DNA of 64,000 nucleotides from Kiritimatiellia bacterium (GCA_040767085.1 JAXGPF010000005.1:288001-352000), one strand, 5' to 3'; shown: positions 10,144 to 20,547, counted from the stretch's first letter. Translations and numbers: made by a program. Notes: a model not told the origin generated them from the letters alone.

Positions 10144-11367
10144 CTAAAACCGCAACTGGGCCCGCGCCAGGCGCCGGCCAAACTCTTCGATCACGCGATT
10201 ATCGTCGCCATCGCCCGCGGATTCGAAGGTGGCGGAAAAGCGCAGGTACGGGCCGGCGTCATCCCAGGGCACGGTGGAGATAAGGTGTTCGCGAATGAGG
10301 TGCTGCGAAGCTTCTTCGGCGGTATGCCAATCGCAGCCGCCCGCGCCGCGGGGCGCGGGCACGTACAGGTAAAACGTGCCGCCGGGCATGCGGGCGTCAA
10401 AGCCGGCGGCTTGCAGGCGCCGCACCATTTTCACCAGCCGGCGCTGGTAATGCCGGCAGATGCGGTCGGCCAGGGCGCGGTCGGCAATGCCGGCGCAGGC
10501 GGCCAGTTGAATGGCTTTGAACTGGCCGGAATCCATATTATCCTTGACCTCGGCGTAGGCCTGCACGGCGCGGGCCGCGCCGGCGACGAAGCCCAGGCGC
10601 CAGCCGGTCATGTTGTAGCTCTTGCTCATGGAATGCAGTTCCACGGCCGTTTCCTTGCCGCCCGGCCGGCTGAGGATGGAAAGCGGCGCGCGGTTGTAAA
10701 CCAGCGTGGCATACGCCGCATCCTGGACAATCAAGATGTTATTCGCGCGGGCGAAGGCGATCAGCCGGTCGAAAAACTCCGGGGTGGCCGCCGCGCCGGT
10801 GGGATTATTCGGGTAATTGACATAAAACAGCTTGGCGCGGCGCGCCATCTCGCCGTCAATCGCATCCAGGTCGGGCAGGAATCCGTTTTTTTCCAGCAGC
10901 GGCACCTTGACAACCGTGCCGCCCAGGTAACGCGTGTGCGTGCCCAGCACCGGATAGCCGGGGACGGTAACCAGCGCCACATCGCCGGGATTGACAAAAC
11001 ACAGCGGCAGCATGGCCAGCGCCGGCTTCGAGCCGATGCTGTGGACGATTTCCGTTTCCGGGTCCAGGTCCGCCACACCAAAAAAATCGCGCATGTAACG
11101 CGCCGCCGCCGCCTTGAACTCGCGGATGCCGTTGTCGGCATAACCGCGGTTGGCCGGGTCGTCCACCGCCTTCTTCAAGGCGCGCCGGATCGGCGCCGGC
11201 GCCATGCGGTCCGGCTCGCCCACGCCGAAATCGAGCAATTCCATCTCCGGGTGGGCCTGGCGGGCGGCGGCCTTGGCGCGCTTGATTTTTTCAAACTTGT
11301 AAATCTCGTTCGCAAGGCCGAAGGCGACCCCGCCGATGCGTTCCGCGAAAAGCTGCTGTAAATTCAT
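10144..11367 (-). CDS. dapL: LL-diaminopimelate aminotransferase (class I/II PLP enzyme)
   Basis: YKFEKIKRAK, NYPNNPTG, QDAAY, HSMSKSYNMTGWR motifs. Start at MNLQQLFAERIGG. Confidence 0.85.
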   Translation of the reverse strand: MNLQQLFAERIGGVAFGLANEIYKFEKIKRAKAAARQAHPEMELLDFGVGEPDRMAPAPIRRALKKAVDDPANRGYADNGIREFKAAAARYMRDFFGVADLDPETEIVHSIGSKPALAMLPLCFVNPGDVALVTVPGYPVLGTHTRYLGGTVVKVPLLEKNGFLPDLDAIDGEMARRAKLFYVNYPNNPTGAAATPEFFDRLIAFARANNILIVQDAAYATLVYNRAPLSILSRPGGKETAVELHSMSKSYNMTGWRLGFVAGAARAVQAYAEVKDNMDSGQFKAIQLAACAGIADRALADRICRHYQRRLVKMVRRLQAAGFDARMPGGTFYLYVPAPRGAGGCDWHTAEEASQHLIREHLISTVPWDDAGPYLRFSATFESAGDGDDNRVIEEFGRRLARAQLRF

Positions 11368-11387
11368 AATTACTCCGTTGCGTCCGA

Positions 11388-11918
11388 TCAATCCCCCTCG
11401 AAAGCCAGCGCCGCCCGCACCGGATAACCGGCCAGTTTGTCCCGGCCGTGCAAATCCGGCAATTCCACCAGGAATTCCACCCCCGCGACTTTGCCGCCCA
11501 GCTTTTCCAGCAGGCGGACGGCGGCGGCGGCCGTGCCGCCGGTGGCCAGCAGATCGTCCACCAGCAAAACGCTATCGCCCGGCCGCAGGGCATCAATGTG
11601 CACGGTCAAGGTGGCGGAACCGTATTCCAGGTCGTAGGATTCCTCGATCGTTTTATACGGCAGCTTGCCTTTTTTGCGGATGGGAATGAACCCCGCGTTC
11701 AACTCCAGCGCCGCCGCGCCGCCCAGGATGAAACCGCGGGCGTCAATCGCCGCCACGTACTTTACTTGCCGGCCGCGGTGCGGCTCGACCAGCACCGACA
11801 CCGCCTGACGCAACAGCCGGGCATCGGCCAGCACGGGGGTGATATCGCGGAAAATAATGCCCGGCTTGGGGAAATCCGGGATACTGCGCATTGCCGCCTT
11901 GAGGTTGGTGCAATCCAT
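11388..11918 (-). CDS. apt: Adenine phosphoribosyltransferase
   Basis: IPDFPKPGIIFRDIT, IRKKGKLP, YDLEYG, VDDLLATGGT. Confidence 0.96.
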   Translation of the reverse strand: MDCTNLKAAMRSIPDFPKPGIIFRDITPVLADARLLRQAVSVLVEPHRGRQVKYVAAIDARGFILGGAAALELNAGFIPIRKKGKLPYKTIEESYDLEYGSATLTVHIDALRPGDSVLLVDDLLATGGTAAAAVRLLEKLGGKVAGVEFLVELPDLHGRDKLAGYPVRAALAFEGD

Positions 11919-11986
11919 GGTCGCTCCTATGTCCTCTGAATGGTATTATTGAACGCGGCGGATGGTAAAACAACACCCGCCGATTA

Positions 11987-12733
11987 TCAAGCGGTTTTTT
12001 TCCGCTCCAGCAGTAAATTGCACACCTGGCAGGCCGCCCACAGGCCGAACATCCCCGTGATGAACGGCAGGCTGCCGAGCGTGCGGCGCGGCCGGCCGCG
12101 GTCAAAGGTTTCCAATTCCCCGTCCATCCCCGCCGGCGGCGGCGACCGCCAGGCCGGTTCCTCGGAATAAACGCACCAGACGCCGGAAACCACGCCGCGC
12201 TGCCTGAGTTTTTTTCGCACGAACCGGGCCAGGGGGCAATACCGGGTGGCGGAAATATCCGCCAGGCGGATATGCTGCGGATGACGGCGGCTGGCGGCGC
12301 CCATACTGGAGACCACGGGCAACCCGGCCTGCACGGCCGCGGCCAGCAGCGTCACCTTGGGCGTCAGGCTGTCAATGGCATCCACCACCGCGTCCCAGCC
12401 GCCGGCCAGCAGCGCCTGCACGTTGGACTGATCCACGAAAACATTTTGCGCGTCCACGGCGCAGCGCGGGTTGATCTCCAGGACGCGTTCACGGGCGACA
12501 TCGGACTTGGGACGCCCCAGGGTGGATTCCAGCGCGTAAAGCTGGCGGTTGAAATTGCTGGGGCGGATGACATCGCAATCCACCAGGCGCATGGCCCCCA
12601 CCCCGGCGCGCGCCAGCGCCTCGACCGCGTACGAGCCCACCGCGCCCAGGCCGAACACCGCCACCCGCGACTGCCGCAACCGTTCCAGCGCCGGCGCGCC
12701 CAGCAGTTGTTCAATCCGGCGGAAGCGTTCCAT
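11987..12733 (-). CDS. tcdA: tRNA threonylcarbamoyladenosine dehydratase (ThiF family)
   Basis: GLGAVGSYAVEALARAGVG, SNFNRQL, DAIDS, SSMGA, CPLARFVRKKLR, VYSEE. Start at MERFRR (12733). Confidence 0.88.
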   Translation of the reverse strand: MERFRRIEQLLGAPALERLRQSRVAVFGLGAVGSYAVEALARAGVGAMRLVDCDVIRPSNFNRQLYALESTLGRPKSDVARERVLEINPRCAVDAQNVFVDQSNVQALLAGGWDAVVDAIDSLTPKVTLLAAAVQAGLPVVSSMGAASRRHPQHIRLADISATRYCPLARFVRKKLRQRGVVSGVWCVYSEEPAWRSPPPAGMDGELETFDRGRPRRTLGSLPFITGMFGLWAACQVCNLLLERKKTA

Positions 12734-12770
12734 AAACCAAACCGAAGTTTGCGGTGTTGGTGAGAGCGAG

Positions 12771-12847
12771 TGGTGCGCCTGGCGGGGGTTGAACCCACAA
12801 CCTTCGGCTCCGGAGGCCGACACTCTATCCAATTGAGCTACAGGCGC
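12771..12847 (-). tRNA. tRNA-Arg (CCG)
   Basis: Minus strand GCGCCTGTAGCTCAATTGGATAGAGTGTCGGCCTCCGGAGCCGAAGGTTGTGGGTTCAACCCCCGCCAGGCGCACCA folds as a cloverleaf with anticodon CCG and an encoded CCA. Confidence 0.96.
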
Positions 12848-13056
12848 GCAAACAGGTAACAGTCAGGAAAACAGCATAGCCAACTTGACTGCACTTGGCA
12901 AGCATGATTGCAGGAGGCGCGCATTTTTGAGGATGCGCCACGCCGTGGCGCTACTACATGGCGGAGTCCTCGCTACTGTAGTAGCCGAACGGCGTTCGGC
13001 TCCGGTTTGCTCCACATCCCGCTTCGCCGGACTACGGATTGCGCCACGCCGCGGCG

Positions 13057-14040
13057 TCACTCCGGCCGGCTGGCGCCGGCCAGTTGCCGCACGTAATCGC
13101 CCACGCCGTCTTCCAGTTCGGTAAACGCCGCTTGATACCCGGCGGCGCGCAGTTTGTCCATCTCGGCCTGGGTATGGTACTGGTACTTGCCGCGCAAGGC
13201 CGGCGGCATGTCAATGTATTCAATCCGGCAGGGCTGGCCGAGCGCGGCAAACACCGCCCGCGCCAGGTCGTTCCAGGTGCGCGCCTTGCCGGTGCCGCAG
13301 TTATACAATCCGCCCGCCGCCGGGCAGTCGTGGAAAAACATGGTTGCAGCCACGGCATCGCGCACGTAAATAAAATCACGGGTCTGCTCGCCATCCCGGA
13401 ACTCGGGCTTGTGCGAACGAAACAGGCGCATCACGCCGCCGGCCTGGATTTGCCCGAAAGCCTTGTGCACCACGGAGCGCATCTCGCCCTTATGCGCTTC
13501 GCCCGGGCCGTAAACGTTAAAGTACTTCAACCCGGCAATCCGGTCAAACAGCCGGCCGCGCAAGGCCCACAAGTCGAACATCTGCTTGGAATAGCCGTAC
13601 ATGTTTAAAGGGCGCAGGCGGGGCGTCTGGGCGTCGGCGTCGGAATAGCCCAGCGCGCCATCGCCGTAAGTGGCCGCGCTGGAGGCATAGACGAACCGCT
13701 TGCCAGCGGCCAGGCACCACTCGCATAATTCGCGGGTATAGCGGTAATTGTTGTCCGCCAGATAATCGGCGTCTTTTTCCGTTGTAGCGCTGCACGCCCC
13801 GAGATGGAAGACGGTGGCGGTGTCCGCGGCCCAGGGCGTCCGCCCCTCCCGCAGCAGCCGGCGGAACTCGTGCTTGTCAAGATAATCCTCGAAGGCCAGG
13901 CCGGCCAGGTTGCGCCATTTATCATCCTGGCCGAGATGGTCCACCACGAGGATGCCGGTTTCGCCGCGGGCATTGAGCGCCGCTACCAGGTTGCTCCCGA
14001 TAAAACCCGCGCCGCCGGTGACAATGAATTTTATGGCCAT
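13057..14040 (-). CDS. rfaD: ADP-L-glycero-D-manno-heptose 6-epimerase
   Basis: VTGGAGFIGSN, HLGACSATTE, YASSAATYG, PLNMYGYSK, YFNVYGPGEAHKGEMRS. Confidence 0.95.
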   Translation of the reverse strand: MAIKFIVTGGAGFIGSNLVAALNARGETGILVVDHLGQDDKWRNLAGLAFEDYLDKHEFRRLLREGRTPWAADTATVFHLGACSATTEKDADYLADNNYRYTRELCEWCLAAGKRFVYASSAATYGDGALGYSDADAQTPRLRPLNMYGYSKQMFDLWALRGRLFDRIAGLKYFNVYGPGEAHKGEMRSVVHKAFGQIQAGGVMRLFRSHKPEFRDGEQTRDFIYVRDAVAATMFFHDCPAAGGLYNCGTGKARTWNDLARAVFAALGQPCRIEYIDMPPALRGKYQYHTQAEMDKLRAAGYQAAFTELEDGVGDYVRQLAGASRPE

Positions 14041-14043
14041 GGT

Positions 14044-14523
14044 TCAATTCTCCCGCATGCGTTCGATCATCCGCGTGGAGGACAAACCCTCCACCAGCGG
14101 CGCCAGCACCACCCGCCCGCCATGCTGCTCCACCCATTCGCGCCCGCTGACGTAATGCGCCCAGTCCGCCCCTTTGACCAGCACGTCGGGGGTAACGGCC
14201 CGGATCAGGTCCGCCGGCTCATCTTCGCCGAAGACCATGACGTAATCCACGCATTCCAGCGCCGCCAGCACCAGCGTCCGCTGCGCCGCGGGATTGACCG
14301 GCCGCGCCGGGCCCTTGAGCCGGCGCACGGATTCATCGGAATTCACGCCCACCAGCAAGGCATCGCCCTGCCGGCGGGCGAATTCCAGGTAGGACACATG
14401 CCCGGCATGCAGGAGATCGAAGCAGCCGTTGGTAAAGACCAGGGTTCGCCCCGCGGCGCGCAACTGTTCGCGCGCGCACTGCATGTCCGGCAAATTCATC
14501 AGCTTGGATGACGCGGTACGCAT
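14044..14523 (-). CDS. rfaE2: D-glycero-beta-D-manno-heptose 1-phosphate adenylyltransferase
   Basis: VFTNGCFDLLHAGHV, NSDESVRRLKG, PDVLVKGADW; adjacent to rfaD. Confidence 0.92.
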   Translation of the reverse strand: MRTASSKLMNLPDMQCAREQLRAAGRTLVFTNGCFDLLHAGHVSYLEFARRQGDALLVGVNSDESVRRLKGPARPVNPAAQRTLVLAALECVDYVMVFGEDEPADLIRAVTPDVLVKGADWAHYVSGREWVEQHGGRVVLAPLVEGLSSTRMIERMREN

Positions 14524-14616
14524 GAGTGCAGTGTATGCGAATCCCCGCCGCCGCGCAAGCCCGAAGCGCGGAATCCGGCGCGGAAGGCAGTCAGGCAAAA
14601 TCATGGCCCGCGGCGA

Positions 14617-15813
14617 TCAACCCGCGGCGACCTGCTCGGCGGCGGCGTGGATGCGCTTGATCATATCCTCCACCCGCTCCTCCTTCCAATCCGGATGCAG
14701 ATGAATGAAAATCGTGCGCCGGAGCAGGTCCAGCGTGCGCGGGCAGCAGCTGTCGGAATAATCCGCCCGCAAGCCCTGGTTCTGCGGGAAATTGAACGGA
14801 TTCATGGCCGGATGGTGCATGATGCGTTTTTCGCGCAAGGGTTGCCAGTTAGTATAGACGTGCTTGCCGTGGTCAATCCCGATGTAGCCGGCCTTGACCA
14901 GTGCCTTGAATTTGCGCACTTGCTCTTCACGGTCAAACTGGTAGGAAACCACCACGCCGCAATCGCCATCCGGGTCGTTGCTGGCGGTTAAGCGCAAACC
15001 GTTGGCGCCATTGGTCGCCTGTTCGATCCGCCGCCGGATGCGGCGCAAGTCGGCGATAATGCCGTCCAGACGCCGCCGCTGCACACGGGCCAAGGCCCCC
15101 GTGACCTCATCGGCGCGGTACTGCTGCGCGACGAAAACCGGCTCGGTCAATTCGCCCGCCATGGGCCGGAACGCCGTCCCGGAATCATGGTAAATGAGCG
15201 CGCGCTCGTACAGCCGGCGGTCGCTGGTCACCAGCGCGCCGCCTTCGCCGCCGGCGGAAATGATTTTGAAATAGTTGAAGCTGAAGGCGCCGGCATCACC
15301 CCAACTGCCCGTGCGTTTCCCATGATACATCCCGCCGACCATCTGGCAGGAATCCTCTATCACCTTTACCCCGCGCGCCCGGGCGATGCGGATGATCGCC
15401 TCCAGGTTTGCCGGCCGCCCCAACATGTGCACCGGGATGACCGCCTTGACCCGGGGCGTGATTTTGCGCTCGAAATCCGCCGGGTCCAGCGCCATGGTTT
15501 CATCCACTTCGGCCAGCACCGGAATGGCGCCGACCGTCAGCACCGCCGTGGCGGTGGCCATCCAGGTATAGGCCGGCACAATCACCTCGTCGCCGGGGCC
15601 GATTTCCAGCCCGGCCATGGCGCACACCAGCGCCGCCGTGCCGCCGCCGGTCATCAGCACGGCGTACTTCGTCCCGATCATTTCCGCCCATTCCCGCTCG
15701 AATTGCACGACTTCCTGGTGGTGGCCTGTCGCCGGATCGCCGACCCGGAACCACTTCTTGCTGAGAATGACCTTGCTGACCTCGTCGATTTCTTCCTGTC
15801 CTGCGCGATACAT
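14617..15813 (-). CDS. DegT/DnrJ/EryC1/StrS family PLP aminotransferase
   Basis: GGTAAL, GDEVIVPAYTW, IEDSCQ, FSFNYFKIISAGGEGG. Start at MYRAGQEE. Confidence 0.9.
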   Translation of the reverse strand: MYRAGQEEIDEVSKVILSKKWFRVGDPATGHHQEVVQFEREWAEMIGTKYAVLMTGGGTAALVCAMAGLEIGPGDEVIVPAYTWMATATAVLTVGAIPVLAEVDETMALDPADFERKITPRVKAVIPVHMLGRPANLEAIIRIARARGVKVIEDSCQMVGGMYHGKRTGSWGDAGAFSFNYFKIISAGGEGGALVTSDRRLYERALIYHDSGTAFRPMAGELTEPVFVAQQYRADEVTGALARVQRRRLDGIIADLRRIRRRIEQATNGANGLRLTASNDPDGDCGVVVSYQFDREEQVRKFKALVKAGYIGIDHGKHVYTNWQPLREKRIMHHPAMNPFNFPQNQGLRADYSDSCCPRTLDLLRRTIFIHLHPDWKEERVEDMIKRIHAAAEQVAAG

Positions 15814-15871
15814 GGTTCCTTGCCTTTCCGGATGTTGATGTTGTGACTGCACTGACAGATTTAAATATTTA

Positions 15872-16897
15872 TCATTCCGCCAGCCGCGCGCTACCGCGCG
15901 CGCGGAAAACCGTCGGGGTAATTTCGAGTCCGCGCCGCGGCCGTCTCTCCTGGATATCATCCAGCAAAATGGCCGCCGCCCGCCGGGCGAATTGGTCAAG
16001 TTGAATGTCCACCGCGGCCAGCGCCGGCACCAGGTATTCATCCTGGCTGAGCCCGTCAATGCCGACCAGGCTGAGATCGTCCGGGATGCGCAGGCCGCAT
16101 TCTGACGCGGCGCGGTACACGCCCAACATGGCGCCGCACGGCGCGAAGATGGCGTCCGGCCGCTCAGCAGCGTTCTGCAAAATTTTCAAGGCCTGGCAAT
16201 AGCCCTCCGCTGGAAATGCGGCCAGACCAAAATGTAACCGGGCGGGCGGCTGCCGGCCGGCCGCCGCGTACGCCTGCCGGCACCCGTTGACTATCTGGGA
16301 GGCGAAGGCCATGGGCCGCGCCGGGCTGGGCGCGCCTGTCAAGGCGGCCAGACGGCGGTGCCCGGCGGCCAGCAGACGACCGGCAGCCTCCCGAACCCCG
16401 GATTGATAATCGGGCGCCAGGCAGAACCCCGGCGCGCCGGCCGGCAACACCTCATCCAGAACCACGGTCGGCAATGCGCCAAAGCCGGCTGTCAGCCCGG
16501 AGCCCGCAAAACCGCAGCGTGTGATCACGCCGTCAACTTCCGCGGGATTGATCGCCGGGGCCAGGCCGCCCTGATTGACGCCCAGCAGGCGCATTCCAAA
16601 ACCCCGTTCGCGCAAGGCGCGCTCGACGGCGGCGGCCAATTCCATGGAAAACGGATACGTGGTCAACGCGCTGGAATCCTTGGTTAAAAAGGCAACCAGG
16701 AAATTCAAATCAGGCTGATGGGCGGCGGCGCGGCGCAGATTGCGCGCCCCGGCATGCGGCTGGTAATTTAACGACCGCGCCAGCTGCAGGATGCGGTCCC
16801 GGGTGGCGGGACGAACGCCCGGAACGCGGTTCAGCGCTTTGGAAACCGTCGCCGCCGAAGTCCCGGCCTGCCGGGCAATATCCACGATCGTCAACAT
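15872..16897 (-). CDS. LacI-family transcriptional regulator
   Basis: TIVDIARQAGTSAATVSKALN HTH, YQPHAGAR hinge, IPDDLSLVGID. Confidence 0.93.
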   Translation of the reverse strand: MLTIVDIARQAGTSAATVSKALNRVPGVRPATRDRILQLARSLNYQPHAGARNLRRAAAHQPDLNFLVAFLTKDSSALTTYPFSMELAAAVERALRERGFGMRLLGVNQGGLAPAINPAEVDGVITRCGFAGSGLTAGFGALPTVVLDEVLPAGAPGFCLAPDYQSGVREAAGRLLAAGHRRLAALTGAPSPARPMAFASQIVNGCRQAYAAAGRQPPARLHFGLAAFPAEGYCQALKILQNAAERPDAIFAPCGAMLGVYRAASECGLRIPDDLSLVGIDGLSQDEYLVPALAAVDIQLDQFARRAAAILLDDIQERRPRRGLEITPTVFRARGSARLAE

Positions 16898-16930
16898 GCC
16901 GATCACCTGAAATCTTTTGCCTGCCTCAAC

Positions 16931-16991
16931 GTAAACGCTTTCGAAATCGTTTGCATAAAACCACGTTTACGGGGAGAATGCAAGCGTTTTC
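16931..16991. promoter_or_regulatory. Cluster of LacI-type operator-like sites
   Basis: GTAAACGCTTTC, GAAATCGTTTGC, AACCACGTTTAC and GCAAGCGTTTTC (central CG flanked by A/T runs) directly upstream of the LacI gene. Confidence 0.45.
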
Positions 16992-17015
16992 TTTCACGGG
17001 GTTGGCTTGATCAAG

Positions 17016-17174
17016 CAGGGCTGCGTCATGCTCCCGCGCCTTGCGCGCCGCTCCGGATCAGAAGCGGCCAAGGGACCCAGGCTTTGCCAAGGCTATGCCC
17101 GGCGAAGTCCGGCTTTGCCGGACTCAGCCGGGCAAGCCGGCCGAACCGTTTTTGCCGAGCATGACGCAGCCCTG
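17016..17174. repeat. REP/MITE-like element with 18-bp perfect terminal inverted repeat
   Basis: CAGGGCTGCGTCATGCTC (17016-17033) and GAGCATGACGCAGCCCTG (17157-17174). The core AGCATGACGCAG recurs near 56388 and 57946. Confidence 0.55.
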
Positions 17175-17308
17175 GCTGATCCAGCAAGGTGGCCACGGTG
17201 TGAAATCCAGCATTGCCGCTGTCGCCGCTGGCGTGAAAGTGACGATTTTGCTGCAATACCCTTTGCTTCGCGTTCCTTGCGCTCTTTTGTGGTGAATTCC
17301 AAACGGGT

Positions 17309-19072
17309 TTATTTCAACCGCATGGTCCCCCAAGCCTGGACATCGTTCATCAGTTCCTGGCCTTCCCGACCTTTCCAGTAAACCCGGTGCTGCTCGCCGT
17401 AAGGCGTGTAATCCGGCGGGATCCGCTCCCACCAATTCCGGCCGGCGCGGTTGACGGCGGATTTGGCAGCCGCAATGGGAGCGGACGGCTGGAGCACGCA
17501 CACGTTGAATTTGAACACATCGCCCGGCCGCAAACCTGATTTTGGGTTATCCGCGCGCCGGAGCAGCATGCCGAGCGGCAGGGCCAGCATGATGTTGTAA
17601 CCGCGGGCAGTCGGCCGCACCGTGTGCCGGAACAACATCCCGGGCATCTTGCTTTCGTTGGGCATCCAGACATTGCCGAGCGCGTCCAGCGAGATTTCAA
17701 ACGACTCGCGCGTGTAATTGATGCGGGGCAAGTCCACCCGGGCGGCAAACAGGAACCGGACGGCATCGCAATTCTGCATGGACATCAATCCCCGCCAGCC
17801 GACCCGGGTGGGGCTTTCCACTTCCGCCAGGATGTAAAGCAGTCCGTCCGCATGCATGGCGCGCAAGGTATAGGCGCAATGCCCATGCCGGAATGCGGCG
17901 GGGAAACGCGTGCGCGATGTGTCGTAATGAGTATCCTGCGAGATTTTCAAAACCGGGATGTTTTTCCACGCTCCGGCGCCGGGATCGGCGTCAACCGTCG
18001 CCGGTTCGCCTTGGCGGACGATGTAATCAATCTGCGGCTTGCGCGCGCCGGCGCCCGGTTTCGCAATCTTGGCGGGACCGGGACGGCGTTTGCCCAAGCT
18101 CGCGCCATGCCGGCGCATCCATTGGCCGATCTCTTGCAGACGCCGGACTTCCTCGGGCCGCAGACTGCCGTCGGGGCGCGGCCCGACATTCAACAGAAAA
18201 TTGCCGCCCATACCGGTGATTTTCTCGAGCATTTGAATCAATTGGGCCGCCGGCCGGAAGTCGGCGGTCAATTCGTGCCGGCAATAGCCCCAGGATTGGC
18301 CGGTCATGGTATGGCAGGATTCCCATGGAATTGGCCGGCCTTCAAAAGTCGGCGGCGCGGATGGAATGATCTGCTCGGGCGTAATGAAGTCCGGGGGACA
18401 TCCGACCAGGCGGTTGTTGATCAGGATGTCGGGCTGCAATTTGCGGAGTTCACGGCCGATGGATGCGCCGTCAATGACCGGGTCGCGCCCATCAAACCAC
18501 AGGAGATCAATCTGGCCATAATTGGTCAAAAGCTCGCGCAATTGGCCGAGCATGTAAGCCTCATACTTTTTCCGGTCGGGCCGGCGGGCGTTTGGTTCCA
18601 GGCGCACCAGCGGGAAATCCGGCGGGAACGGATAATTGGGATGATGCCAGTCTTTGATCGAATGATACAGACCGACGCGCAGGCCTTCGGCGCGGCAGGC
18701 GTCCACGTATTCCCGCACCAGGTCGCGCCGGGCGCCGGAATGCATGGTCGTGTATTTGGTCAACCGGGAATCGAACAGGCAAAAGCCGTCATGATGCTTG
18801 GTGGTCAGCACCATGTAACGCATGCCGGCCCCGCGCGCCAGGCGCGCCCATTGCCGGGCCGCGCCCGGGCGCGGCTTGAACAGGGGCGCAAGTTTTTCAT
18901 ACTCCCGGATTTTGACGCGTTCCTTAAACATAATCCACTCGCCGCGCGCCGGGATGGCATACAGGCCGAAATGGATGAACATGCCGAATTGCGCTTCCTG
19001 CCACCACTTGATCCGCGCCGCATGGTCTGGGGGTTGGTTTTTGTTTTGCATGATTGCTTTTTCCCTGTTCAT
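17309..19072 (-). CDS. Alpha-L-fucosidase (GH29) with C-terminal CBM9-like domain
   Basis: WWQEAQFGMFIHFG, VLTTKHHDGF, LWFDG, INNR, NFLLNVGP. The C-terminal beta-rich domain call is tentative. Confidence 0.88.
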   Translation of the reverse strand: MNREKAIMQNKNQPPDHAARIKWWQEAQFGMFIHFGLYAIPARGEWIMFKERVKIREYEKLAPLFKPRPGAARQWARLARGAGMRYMVLTTKHHDGFCLFDSRLTKYTTMHSGARRDLVREYVDACRAEGLRVGLYHSIKDWHHPNYPFPPDFPLVRLEPNARRPDRKKYEAYMLGQLRELLTNYGQIDLLWFDGRDPVIDGASIGRELRKLQPDILINNRLVGCPPDFITPEQIIPSAPPTFEGRPIPWESCHTMTGQSWGYCRHELTADFRPAAQLIQMLEKITGMGGNFLLNVGPRPDGSLRPEEVRRLQEIGQWMRRHGASLGKRRPGPAKIAKPGAGARKPQIDYIVRQGEPATVDADPGAGAWKNIPVLKISQDTHYDTSRTRFPAAFRHGHCAYTLRAMHADGLLYILAEVESPTRVGWRGLMSMQNCDAVRFLFAARVDLPRINYTRESFEISLDALGNVWMPNESKMPGMLFRHTVRPTARGYNIMLALPLGMLLRRADNPKSGLRPGDVFKFNVCVLQPSAPIAAAKSAVNRAGRNWWERIPPDYTPYGEQHRVYWKGREGQELMNDVQAWGTMRLK

Positions 19073-19184
19073 CCTGATTTGCTTTCAGCGGGATGCGGCA
19101 TACTGCCCTCATCACGGATTCAGGTAAATACCAGGCGATATCCCAGTTTCCGCAAATGCGCGCGCCCGGGGGACGCGGGCAGGT

Positions 19185-19856
19185 TCACTGGGCATTTGCG
19201 CGCGCCGCGTCCAGCAGCGGGCGCAGCGCGGCGAAAACCAGCTCGGCCAGGACTTGGTTGCCGGCGGCCGTAAGATGCACGCCGTCGTCAAACGTGAAAT
19301 GATTTTGCGGGAATCCGGGCATCCGGCGCCGCAGTTCGCGGTCCAAATCCACCAGGGGCAGCCCCCAGCGCGCGGCGAAAACGCGGGTTGCCTCGCGGTA
19401 GCGCTCCAGCAGCGCTGACGCCCCGCCGGTATTCCGGAAATAGGGATGGCCGCAATAACAATGCTGCTCTTCGATCAGCGGCGGAAACGTAATGACGATG
19501 GTTTGGGTTTGCGACGGCAGGCGGGCTTTGAAATCGGCGAGATGTCCGTCAAACTCCTCCAGCGACACCCGCCGCTCGGGGCGGTTGGGATCATTGTTGT
19601 TGCCGCCGAATTCCAGCAGCACGAAATCCGGGTCATGCGCCAGCACGTCGCGGTCAAAGCGCTGCATGGCCTCGCGGGCGGAATTCCCGCCCCGGCCGGC
19701 ATTCACCACCTTCCACGCGACGGCGGGAAACGCCTCCGCCAGCATCGCCTCCAGGCGCTTCAACCAGCGCTGGCCGGCCTCCGGCATGCGCGCCGTTGCC
19801 TCGGTGATCGAGTCGCCGAAGCCCACGATTGTGAGGGATAGTTGACCGGGGTTCAT
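19185..19856 (-). CDS. SGNH/GDSL hydrolase
   Basis: FGDSIT, NAGRGG, EFGGNN, DGVH blocks. Confidence 0.92.
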   Translation of the reverse strand: MNPGQLSLTIVGFGDSITEATARMPEAGQRWLKRLEAMLAEAFPAVAWKVVNAGRGGNSAREAMQRFDRDVLAHDPDFVLLEFGGNNNDPNRPERRVSLEEFDGHLADFKARLPSQTQTIVITFPPLIEEQHCYCGHPYFRNTGGASALLERYREATRVFAARWGLPLVDLDRELRRRMPGFPQNHFTFDDGVHLTAAGNQVLAELVFAALRPLLDAARANAQ

Positions 19857-19875
19857 CCTAAATCCGGCATTTAGG

Positions 19876-20547
19876 TTAATGCTGCTTGCCGCCCAGATCG
19901 CACAGCAGGCAATGCCGGCAATCCAGGTGTTCCGGCGGCTCGAAGGTCTTCCCGGCGCGGGCCGCCGCTCGGATTTGGAGTTGATTCATCAGGGCCATCA
20001 GGAAGCCCAGCGTGATGAAACCGCCGGGCGGCAGCACGGCCAGCAGCACGCCCGGTGTGCCGAGGGAGTGGCCCATGAGCGTGCCGCTGCCGATGATTTC
20101 ACGGATGGCGGCAATCACAATCAAGGCCAGGGTGAAACCGATTCCCATGCCCAGGCCGTCCGCCGCCGACATGACCACGTTGTTTTTGGAGGCAAACGCT
20201 TCCGCCCGGCCCAGGATGATGCAGTTGACGACAATCAGCGGGATGAAAATACCGAGACTTTTATGCAAGTCATGCAGGAAGGCGTTCATCAGCAAATCCA
20301 CCACGGTCACAAACGTGGCAATGATGACGATGTAACACGGAATGCGCACCTTGGCCGGCACCAGGTTGCGCACGGCGGCAATTGCCATGTTGGAGCAGAC
20401 CAGCACAAACGTGGCAGCCAAGCCCATGCCCAGGCCGTTTTCCACGGAAGTCGTCACCGCCAAAGTCGGACACATACCCAGCATCAGGCGGAAAACCGGG
20501 TTTTCCTGCCACAAGCCCTTCAGCAATTCCATGCGGTATTGGTTCAT
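19876..20547 (-). CDS. rnfE: Rnf electron transport complex subunit E
   Basis: ENPVFRLMLGMCPTLAVT, FIPLIVVNCIILGRAEAFA. Confidence 0.95.
   Translation of the reverse strand: MNQYRMELLKGLWQENPVFRLMLGMCPTLAVTTSVENGLGMGLAATFVLVCSNMAIAAVRNLVPAKVRIPCYIVIIATFVTVVDLLMNAFLHDLHKSLGIFIPLIVVNCIILGRAEAFASKNNVVMSAADGLGMGIGFTLALIVIAAIREIIGSGTLMGHSLGTPGVLLAVLPPGGFITLGFLMALMNQLQIRAAARAGKTFEPPEHLDCRHCLLCDLGGKQH

Noticed and set aside
12771-12847. tRNA-Arg as an integration site
   Set aside because: No integrase and no duplicated tRNA 3' end were seen; the flanks are housekeeping genes.
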